From Lingula anatina (taxonomy: Eukaryota > Animalia > Brachiopoda), in NCBI GenBank assembly GCA_051362555.1, contig CM120644.1:17630534-17694533 (forward strand): a stretch of 64,000 nt of DNA, in the 5' to 3' direction. This document shows positions 14,401 through 26,400 of this stretch, one piece after another. A model generated the notes under the pieces. It saw nothing but the letters and a program-made list of their open reading frames with translations, had not been told where the DNA came from and ran no database searches. How positions within the stretch are numbered: the first letter of the stretch is position 1; the number at the start of each line of letters is the position of its first letter. Position numbers and translations under genes: made by a program.

Positions 14401-17400
14401 ATTTTTTATTTTTCTGGGGGGCGGAGCAGGGCAAAGTGATTGCTTCTGAAGTTAAGAGAAGGGCATGACTCCCCCACCCCCACCCACACCAAAACCTTGA
14501 ATTTGCCTTATTACACTGAAACTATTCTTGATTGGCAATAAAGTGAGTAATTTTGCTATGACCCCATTCCCATACCTAGATCGATCTAGCAGAATCGATC
14601 CATCTCCGAGGAGTTTCTCTCTAAATTATATGCAGCTTAAGTGGCTGTGATGTCTGGCATGCCTACTGAAGCAGTTTGGGGGTAGTTCACTATCGTTTAG
14701 CAGCTTCAGTAGGCGTGCCAGACATCTAAGCCACTTAAATTGAATACAATTTATTGATAATCCCTTCAGAGATGGGTCGAATCTGCCAGATGGATCTAGG
14801 TATGAGAATGGGATCTATAAGACCCCATGAGGCACTGGGGTATTGCAATCAACATGTCTACTTTCTGTTGAAAGTATAGTGTAGTACTAAAATACTTAAT
14901 AGAATACATGGCACTGATCCGGATGAAGCTTGGGTTATTGTTACATGATCCATCCAAGGTAATTAGTCATTGCAAGCAACTTGATATAATATAGTTCAAG
15001 AATCAATACCTGTTATACTTCATAAAATACATGAAACTGATCTAAATGAAGTTTGAGTTATTGTTATATGAAGCATACATATTCCTAGTTATGGTCCATC
15101 TGAGATAATTAGTCACTGCAAGCAACTTGATGTAACAGTTCAAGAATCAATACCTGTAATACTTCAAAAAATACAATATACGTGAAAACTGATCTGAATG
15201 TAGTTTGGGTCATTGTTATATGAAGCATACATATTCCTAGTTATGGTCCATCTGAGATAATTAGTCACTGCAAGCAACTTGATGTAATAGTTCAAGAATC
15301 AATACCTGTAATGAAAGAAATTATTGGAAGCCCAATTATGGAGAAAATTTACTCTGACCTCTAAAACAGAGCTTATTGGATTCATTCTCACTCCAGACAG
15401 ATTCTAAATCCCATTAACATGGGCAGGGAAGGGCAACTTGACTTCATTAAGAAGTTATACATTAAGTTTTGACTGCATTATTCTGCCCTGGTCACCCCAG
15501 CCAGAGAAGCTGTCTGGTTGCAGTGTTCCCATGGGGTCTGCTGTTCAGTCTGTTTTAATCAGCAGTCTCGTTAACATAGCAGTAGCCTTAATATCCTGTA
15601 TTATAATTCCTATCCATCTTACTCTTTTTAAAAATAATTGTTGTTTATTCAAATTTCACATTTACAAAATATCTATAATTAGTTATTATTGTTATTATTA
15701 TTATCATAAGTACACGACCCTGGTGTGTTTAGATCAATTACACTTAAAAGGATGTGGGGAAGGGCTTTAAAGGTATAAAATACTGCCTCTTTGAGCTCAA
15801 CATGCATTCTTTCTAATTTTGTTTTTTTTATGAGAAGTAAATTTGCATCCACCCTGGGATTCAAAGGGCACTGCAGTCTCAGCAGCAATGTCAGAGGCAG
15901 TAGAGGTGTGAATTTCCAATGTTCTCTGAAACTCAGGGTGTTTGCACCATTCTCTATTATCACACTGGGTGTGCATATACCACCCCTGTCACTGGACAAA
16001 GCTCATTAATTAATATTTTTTCAAAACTAGGACCAAATGTCTAGAAGTGTCCAAGAACATAGTACTGCTCTGTTCCTCGACAAGGATTGACTGTTTCATA
16101 AATGTTGTATTTTATAGTTTCTTCCTGTCTGACCTGTCTACCCAGTTGGACCTATGACCTGACCAACAGAGTGACCACTAGGCAGGATAAGTAGGTATGT
16201 TTACACTGGTTATAATTAACTGGTTCAATCATTGGACGACACCAAACCACCCACCAAAACCCTTCTTCCTCAAGCAATGCTTTTACTGTGTGAACCAATT
16301 TAACAACATGAGCTTCTGTTAAGAGTATAAATAAATGAAACAATCAAATGCTCTTTTTCAATTTCTCAGTTAAATGTTTTCAAACATTCAGGCAATCCAG
16401 AAGCGTTCAAGGGGAGATCCTAATTTTAGGAGGTGTAAATCAGCTCTGCCAAGTTTTTCTCCATGGGTTTTATCCACCCACATGTGACCACTTTGGATAA
16501 TGGACATGATTTATGGTGACCACCTGGTATATAGGGGAAAAAACCCAACAGAATCTTTTTTGAAATCATTCAATTTTGAAAATGTTTAATATGAATGATT
16601 TAAGTGTTTACTAGCTGCTTCTACTAAAATTTTGTCCTATGAAACTCAGGGGCGGATTGAGGCCATCTTCTGGGTCTTCCGGAAGACGGTCAGATTTTCA
16701 AATTTACATTGACGGGTATCTAATTTTTCTATCGGAAGATGGTCAAAAAATGGAGGATGGATAAAAAAAGATAATTTGGAAGACTGTCAGAAAATATCCC
16801 TGGATCCGCCCCTGAAACTTGCAATCTATAGAACACCAAATCAACTGAGATTCTGCCTGATAATAGAATAAAGATGTTCTTGTTTTCAAAACTTGGATTA
16901 ACTTATCCTGTTTGTACATAACAGACAAACAGCACAAAGTCAAGACAAACAAATACCTGGTATGGGCCAATTTTAGACCAACAGTAGAATCTGAATTTAC
17001 AACTCCCTTTGTGATTCTGTCAGACACATTCTGTAGCATATATTAAACTTTCCAAAAAAAAAAATTGCTCATTGCAAATGAACTATTCATAGTAGTACTT
17101 TTCATATAAGTATTAATGAAACTGAAATATATGTTATTCAACCTGTCAATAAATTGCCACAAAATCACAGGTAGACCTATTTTTTAACATTTTTCTCCAT
17201 TACGACAATATACATATTCCTAAATATGTATCTGTACATGGAGAAATATGTGATTTAAATGTGAAACACAATAATTCATTGAACAGTACTGAAAAATAAT
17301 TAAAGGTAACCCTTTATTTTTTCCCATACATATATATCTTTTTCTGTATACATTTTCACGAATCTTATGATTTAATCGATACATCCACGTTAGACTTACC

Positions 17401-20400
17401 CTTCTTGGATGTTTGGCCACTATGAAGAAAGTTTCTATATTGTGCTCTTTGAGATAGCTGTCTCTCTCCATGCCATTGCCTGGCTCGACCTCAAACTGGT
17501 CTTGAAGACACTCCAACGTGGCCTTTGTAATATGAACACGGCTAAAATAAGGAAAGTATTTAATACAATACAAAACTAAGATTAACAATCGCAATAAGCT
17601 TCAGCCAATGGATAGGAGTTAACACCCAAGAAATTGATCAGAAATGATTAAGAAAGAGAAAAATCAAGATGCATAGCTGCACAAAAAAAAAAAAAAAAAA
17701 AACAGGACAAACACACACACTAAACAGAGAGAGAGAGAGAGAGAGAATGAGAGTGTACAATTGGGATGTCGTGTTTGACAGTGTGTTAGGTGAGATAATG
17801 TATTAGCTGTGCCAGCATGTAAGCTGAAATTGTGTTTGCTGTGATATTGCAGTACCCTGACAGTGTGTTGTGCATTAATTTCCAATGTGTTAATATCTTA
17901 TATATGTTTTTTACAAAATTAAACTGTAAAGGGCATGTAAAAACATACATTTACACCATTTTATTTGGTTAGGCAAAAAACTATGACATCATACTCACCC
18001 TGGTTTGCCCCCTGACTCCATGTGATTAGCCAATGTGACATCATACTCACCCTGGTTTGCCCCCTGACTCCATGTGATTAGCCAATGTGACATCATTGCT
18101 CCACACATCGTACTGCCAACGTTTCATGCCCAGCACCCCGCACAGCACGCGCCCCGTGTGGAGACCAACGCGCATGTTTAGACTGACACTTGTGGCCTCA
18201 CGCACAGCTCTGAAAAGTGAATTAATTTCCACATAATTTGTTATTCTTTTTTATATTCTTTTGCTTTTATTCATATGAGCAAAAGGATAACAATAATATA
18301 ATTTCTTGTAGTCTATACCTGTATGTATTTATTTATAACCATAATTCAGAGCTTTTTTTTCTTCTAATTTTTATAGAAGTGTTTGAGATGTAAGCAATAT
18401 TTTCCATGAACTCTTCTTCGTCAATAATCTTTTTCCTATAGATAAATTGAAAAAAAAAAATTAATTATTTCAACAAGTTTAATTTCATAAACAGACATGC
18501 ATCTAATTCCAAACAGTAAAATCAGAAAAATTCTATCAAAATAATTTTAAAATGTCCATTTTTTCACAGAATCAATAATTACATATGATATACACTATAA
18601 CTACTAGTGCAGATCATATTAAATCATATTTCGATCAAAAGGCCCCATTATCGGACCAAACCCTACATTCCACTTAATATCAGCAGGACTAGAACAATTC
18701 ATCACGCTCTGGTCTTGTTTGGAGGAGGAAGCTTAAGCCTGGTTATCAGCCCCAAGTCTCCAGGCTGTTGTTTTAGCTGCTATTCAAAGCATGCTGAATC
18801 AATGGGCAGCCCTGTTGCTGATAAAACATACATTATGTTGCTTAGAAAAAAACGAGATTGGGTTATTCTAACTGCTCATTGCAGCATGTTGAATCAAGGG
18901 AGATCCTGTTGCTAATAAAATAAGGATTGGGTTGCTGCTAAAACTAAGATCAGGTTGCTGATTTAAAACATTTGTGGAGGATGTGAGGGTCTTGCACTGC
19001 TACCTTAACAGCTTAAAAGTGACCTCATCTGCCAGTTGTACTTGAATACTGTAATGGCATCAAAGGGAAGATTCAGTGATCGAGTACTACGTACTGTACT
19101 AGTAAACCCTCAGGCCTCATTTAAATGGATTATGCATTCACTAGTACTACCCGCATATCCTTTTGCACTAACAACCATATTAACCACAAAACCCATGAAT
19201 TAATCAACATACTGTACAATTATTTAGCACTAACAAAGTGATACCTAGCACTAACATTCATCCACTAACATTCATTTGTGGGTTATGTGGTTCATATAGG
19301 TGTTAGTGCTAAAAAATCTGCAGGTAGTGTTAGTAAACTCCTAATCTGTTTATAAGGCCTGATCCTATACTCCCAAATTTACATTTTCTTAGGGTATTAT
19401 ATGGGAAAGGGTGGGGATGGGGGTGGAGGGGGGTGGGGGGTGGGGGTGCATGGTGGTGGTGTGTGCAGTGGTACAGGTATCTCTCCTATGAAAAACTTGG
19501 TAATTGCTTGTTTGCACCTAAAACCACAGGTGGCTTTAATTTGTATGCACCCAATATCACTTCAATTAAAATAAGCAGAATGTCTTTCACAATTAACTTT
19601 TGGACCAATAAATCTTTGGTCCACTGAGCCTGAATTCAACTAATGAGATGTTTCCAGTAACTGTCAGTTCCCGCAAACCTGTTGAACTCTGTGTCAATAA
19701 ATTTCTTTCAAAAAGCCTTTTAATCAGTTAAAGTTTGTATCATTAATCATAAAAGTATTCATAATGTAATGTGAATAGTTTCTTCTGGATAAGAATTTGG
19801 CATTTAAAATATAATTTTTATTAAATTATAATAAGGTACACATATCATACATGTGTAGTTCTTGCACCAAAAAAACTTTTATATTGAAGTTAAATGTCAA
19901 TGTCCTTAAACGAGACTCAAAAATTTTCCTGGAAAACTTTCTTCTCAGAAAATCCATGTGCAAGGAGTTGTAAACATGGTGCTTATACATTCACCTCTAA
20001 TTAAATAAGGCATTTATCAAGCATGCTTCATTAATTGTAAAACATAAGCCAGCTCAGCTTTAAGTTACATGAAGGTACTATATATACAAAACAATGAAAC
20101 AATTTAATTACATGTAGACAGAAAACTTGGCCCACACCTTCTAAGAAAGCCCTTGTAATTAGTACCTGGTATAATCTCATGTTTTTTTTCCCTTTTTTTT
20201 CCTTTTTTTTTTACTTTCTTATTTTTTTCTTTTTGTCCACTTCTGCATCTCTCCCAAACACTCTATGTTTACTATGTGTAACTCCAGATGCTATATCCTG
20301 AACTTTTTCATGCATAAAGCCTGGTCTATATTATGGGTTTATTAGTCAAGATCATGAGGCTCTAAGTAACATCTGGCCTGTACATATACAGAGTACAGTT

Positions 20401-23400
20401 TTCACTAGCTAGGAGTATAGTACCTGTACATGTAACAGTTACAGGCCCGTAGCCAGGGGGGTTCGAGGGGTTCGAAAGAACCCCCTTTTGCTGGGAAAAG
20501 GTCCACTCTGGGTAAATTTTGATCTAGGTACATGAAGTTTTTATGGGAAAAGGTCCACTTTTTCAGAAAAAGAACCCCCCTTTTGAAATTGCTGGCTACG
20601 GGCCTGAGTTAACATGTTTCAGTTCATGGGAAGGCTTAACCCAGGGATGGCTTACCTTAACTTGGTTCAAAGAACCTTGAAACTATAAATTTTGGTCTCA
20701 GGGAGCATTCAGATAAACATATATGGTTATAGTTAGGTTGGACCAACTCTGGGGGAAGGGGACTCTTGCTAAGTGCAATCGGCTTAGCCTAAGCTGATGA
20801 AATTCTGGTGATATTAAAATGCACTTGCTTGTCCTGGGAAAACCTCTATGTATTGGCAAGTTTAGACTAGAACAGTGGCCCTACTAGTACGAATCTCTAC
20901 ATGTTGGTAAACACAGCAAGGCCCATGTATATTAGATGCAACCTTAGATGCACTAAGATTTTTCACAAAAAGTGGATATAGAAAACCCTACAAAAAACAT
21001 TTAGAGCATAAAGAAGAAAATTAAAGAATTGAAATAAGTAGATATATCTGACAAATCTAGTTCAGAGAGGAGGACAGTGCCAAGAATTCTTTGAGAAATT
21101 TTGGAACGATACCAAAAGCAAACCAAGATCACTAACAAGGCATATTTTTTTCAAAGTGTAAACAGGGCTATAAATATCACACCTCTGGAGAATTAAACAC
21201 AATACACCTGAGGGAGAAGAAAAAGGGCAAACTGTCAGCTTAATAAGGACTCAATTTGCAAATACAAACAACCACTTAAGCTTCGGATTTCTAGATTTCT
21301 CACCTTTTATTGACTTTCTTTTCGGGACGTCATGTAAATGCAGACACTAAAGATACAGTTTCAAATGAATCTAACTCGATTTTGTTGCACTTCTTTTATA
21401 AGTTAAAATGAATTGCCTTTTTTTTTTCTCAAGACCGAAGGAATGTTTTTTACTTTCTTTGTTGTCTTGCAGTATTGGCAAACTGAAAATGTTTCTGATG
21501 TTTCATCTGCTAAGTGTTAGCTAGAACATGAAGAGTAACTTTTACCACTTTCTCCTCACACTATTTATAAACCAACCTGTTGATATCTACTAGTACACTG
21601 TATTCTTCATAAATGCTACAAGTCTGTTTATGTACTCTAAAACCTTTTAATTAGTATTGTTTGAGATACAGTGATTCAAATTTTGTCAACGCACTGTATA
21701 TCTGGACAACTGGGTTAACATTAAGTAAACAATGAAATTGGACTTTCATATCCTGTATTCCAAGAAAATCTGAAAACCAAATCTCCATGACGTTATTCCT
21801 AGAAATGATGATTGCAAAATAAGGATTGAAAATCTTGGACAAGAATCAAATGCTCAGCAGCTGTAAGTAATTTTATACAAAAAAGGAAGAAACAAATGAA
21901 CAAACAAACAAATGATTACAATAATATTAATAATACCAACAGGTCCAAACCTGACCTGCATTTTAGGACAATGAGTAATCACTGTACTAATTGCTTTAAA
22001 GCAAAACACCATCACTACTTTCCAGGTATTTTAATACCAAGGAACTCGCAGTGCTCTCGCTCTGACAAGATGGATGGATACAGAGGATGGTAATGTAACA
22101 CAGTGTACTGCAGCCATGAACTGTACAATACATGTGCCCCATGGCTGTTTATTAAAAAGGTTTTAACAGGAATGTTGATGAACTGCCAATTCCTATTATT
22201 ATACTAAGTACTACAACAGCATATAGTAATACAATGGCATGTAGCAAATTTGCCAATTGAAACTGCCTGTAACTAGTTACCACCAGTTCCAGTATTGATC
22301 ATCCAGTTATAGAACATGGGAATAAATTGTCTGGCTATGATAACCTTAATAGATATTATATTTGATTAAGAGACATCAACTTTGCAGCTTACATCACTTG
22401 GGAACAAATCCAACTTTTCTCACAGAAACAGAGTACAATTTTTAATTCTCTTGGCTTGTCTTGCACTTTTGCTGATTTCCCCCTATGGGGTAAATTAGAT
22501 TGATTTGTGATACAAAAAGTTTCTATTCTGGAACCATGTCAGACATGATAAGGCAGTTTTCCTTTTATCGGAAGACTTATCTGCCCAGGGTAATGCAGAC
22601 AACTTGAATTACTATCTTACTATTTTGCTCCCTCAGAAATTGGATTAATACCCTTCAAGTGCACGGACTTTTTCTCCCCTTTTTTGTGCAGGCAAATTGT
22701 TTTTCCTATTTTTTTATTTCTTAACATAATGGGCGAAATCTATAATAAGAACTTGGTTTCTCATTAATATATGTGATCCCAGGTGACCACCTATTTGATA
22801 AAATTAGCTTTTAAATTATTCTTTTTATAGCAATCAATCTCTTCGAATTCAGCTTAAAGTTCCAGCAGTCAGTCACTCCTCATGTGTGTTTCACGGCTTA
22901 ATAGGCACATGTCATGCCAAAATACATATATGTCTGGTGATAAACAAGAATTAAAAGCTACAAATATTGAGTTTGTTTGATCGGCAAAGTTTTATGTCAA
23001 ATCATTTCTAAGCAATATAAATGAAGTAATCATAATGGGGAAGTAAAAACTGAAGAGGTGGCATGAGAATAATCTTAATGTTTTGCTTGCCAAATAGGTG
23101 GCCTTGTAAATAGCAAGTTCCATTCAGTAAAAAAATGTAATAAATATTATATCTCTTAAGTCATTACGTTTTTTTATGTGTTTTGCTACCTTTTTGAAAA
23201 TAATTTTAAATGACATGTCATTTTATTTGGCAGTTGTTAGAAGAATCTGAGACACAACATGTACCTACTTTGGCAACACCTATTTTGGCAAGACGGGTGC
23301 AGCCTGCTGATTTCAGACATTGATAAGCTTCAGCTTATCTAAAAAGAACCAATTGTTAAACCTTTCTGGTCTATAAAGAGCCAATTTATAAACCTTTTTG

Positions 23401-26400
23401 GTCCTGTCTATTCCCACTGCACTACTGAGCAATTTGGATCTCCAACCTCTCCTAGCTTCCTTGCCAAAATGGGAGCAAAGGCATTTATAACCATTACAAA
23501 ATCTGAGATCGGTTAGGAAAGATTATGAACCTTGTCATGTGATCTTTACAAAAAATAAATAAATAAATAAATCTCCAACTGATTTTCAACTTATCATTTT
23601 TGGCCTGGTCTCAAAATATAATTTAATTTACATAATTGTTTTAGTTAAATACCCTAATACAAAACAGAGACCAAATATGAATTCCCCAGAAAGATACTCG
23701 AAATGATAAATAAATGGCATGTACAGACTTCACCTGTTAGCTCCCTGCTGAGTCTACCTCAATGAAGATCAATCAACGTCCAGACATATTGAATTTTAAA
23801 CCTGGGAAATCCTCTCAGTGGGGCTCTGGGTTCAATGACCAGACTTATTCAATGCTAACTTGATTTTACTTCATTTGAAAAGGTGAAGAAGAACACACCT
23901 AATGGTTGTTGTTATACAGTGTCTTTATAAATGATGCTGATTTCTCCAAAAGTGAATGAAATGCGTTACAGCTTCCAAGTTGTAACTAAATACACGGTAT
24001 ATAAACAAACAAATTTTAATAAATAAATAAATAAATTGAGAAACAAAAATATATTTTTACATAAATAAAGAATAACAAAAACAAGCAAGTAAATGAAAAG
24101 TAATTTTAAATAAATATAAACATGAATAAAATAAGCAGACAAGATTGAAATTTAAAACACTAAAACTCACGCTATGGCATCTATCATATCGAGGCCCATG
24201 TTGACGCAGCACTTGGCGTGGTCTTCTATGGCCTCTGGCAAACCACTGACGCAGTAGTAACAGTCTCCTAGAATCTTGATACGGAGACAGCAGTTCTCCT
24301 ACAGTGGCAAAAATATTAACAGAAATATGTATAAGATGTTAGCCCATTGACTGAAGTATGGGATGAACTCTTTTTTAATTTTGGTTTTTTAATACTTTTT
24401 GAAACTATATTCATTTGTCTTACATAAGACCGAATCTATTCAAATTGTAGTTATACCCCCAAAAATTCATGTTTATTAAATGTAATAATCTTTACAATGG
24501 ATTTTATTATTTATTTGGATATAATCATAGTGTCTATTGTGATGCACATTGAGGCTTTAATGGAATGCATAATAAACATCGTTAGTAATATCATTATTGT
24601 GATTTCAATTAAATTCAAATAATTAAAATTAATTACAAGTGGACTTAAACTTAGATCTACATTGTACTTACGTTTGCAAGTTTGTCGAATCGTGAAAAAA
24701 GTTCGTTGAGAATTCGTACGAGTTCCTGTGCTGTGCATTGTGACGATAATATCGTGAATCCTACAATGTCTGCAAACAGAATGCTGAAATAAAGACGTGA
24801 AAATGGGCACTGCTACTTATCTGACTTTACAGATGCGACGCAAATGTACAGGAAGTAGTAAAGAGTCAAAGTGCGCATGCCCCAATATTAAAGAAAGCGA
24901 GGGCGCGTTTTTCAAAAACGTATTTTCAAGTTGGCCCCATATTAAAAGTAAAGTAAGCAATATGCAGAGTTTATTCATTCGACCTCAAATGAATTCTTCT
25001 AAGTGAACGAAATTTGTCGTGAATTATAAATTCTGGGGAATAGCTCGTCTTAGGAAGTGATATTGTAGTGTGGGTAGAGTACAGTAAAAGTCTTAAAAGT
25101 TATATTCTTCAACGCGCTAATAGCAGGCAAAATTTCTACACTGTAATGCTCACTGGTTAATGTGTAAATTAACCAGCTTTCTCTATAGTTAAACGCATTT
25201 TTCACAAAATTCCACCTTTTTATTACCCCCAAAACCATCCCACTCCCCCCCCCCCCCCCCACCCCCGTCAATATGGCCAAACCTTACCTTACGTTGTCAT
25301 ACCGCTGTATATATATCTTATGGAAGAGACCTTCGTGAGGCTGGCTCATATCATGCTTCATCTCGGTGGCCACGTGCTCCGGCAGGACACTTAACAGTAA
25401 CCGCTCCTGGGATAAAAATAAATATACACACATATAAGTGGCGTACGTGATGGCGTTTACCTGAAGCAAGCAAAAGTACACAATTTTCAGATGCGTTTAA
25501 GTATAAATAACATAACCTTGTGTCCCTCTGGTAGTGTATTTTCGTTCACCTTCCCATGTGGATAAAAGATTGTGCTCTATAACTTTATTGGGGGAGAGGA
25601 ATTATATAGTGTGTTGGAACATCGCAAATAGTGAAGGACAAGATGTTCTACAATGTTGAGGAGATACAAGTACAGTTGCCAGAGCAGACCTTCATCTAAT
25701 ACAGCGTGGGTCTACAATGGATGCAATGTCAATAACACGCAAAGTTGATATTGTTAGCCCTAACTGACCCATGTTGAGAAATGACTTCGAAACAAGATTC
25801 AGAACGAACCTTCTCTTGTCAAAAGGGCGGTTCTTTTCAAGGGGGCGTCTCGATAGTCCGAAGGTTCATTGGTCCGAAGGTTCATTGGTCCGAAAAGTGG
25901 TAACGTTTTCATCGATTTTTTAATCAGGGGTTCATTGGTCCGAAGGTTCATTGGTCCGAAAAGTGGTAACGTTTTCATCGATTTTTTAATCAAGGGTTCA
26001 TTGGTCCGAAGGTTCTATAGTGAACATTCGGACCAATGAACCTTCGGACTATCGCTACGGCCCCCTTTCCAACCCCAAAAGCCCACCCACTCCGCTTTCG
26101 GGTTTTCCAAATGCTAGTGATTTTTATGCATGTGGGAAAAAAAACGCGTAGGCTTCAACATGCGAAGAGTTCAGCATCCTGCGTTGCATCGTACACACCT
26201 TTACTCCCAGCTTTTACAACGTTGTAAAATATAATTAATGACGTACGCATTACTCCATAAACTCCACAACCAGCTGCTGGCATTTTACGGCAGTTAAAGA
26301 GATAACAACTGCTCGTTTACTCAAAAATCCACTTCAATAGTCAAAGTCAGTCCATGTTTTTTCAATGCTTTATTGTGATGACCTTTTAAGAGATTATTAC

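Noticed and set aside
25799-25993. ORF with the repeated peptide [21 protein letters not shown]
   Set aside because: It is a translation of the 66-bp internal repeat of a non-autonomous transposon.
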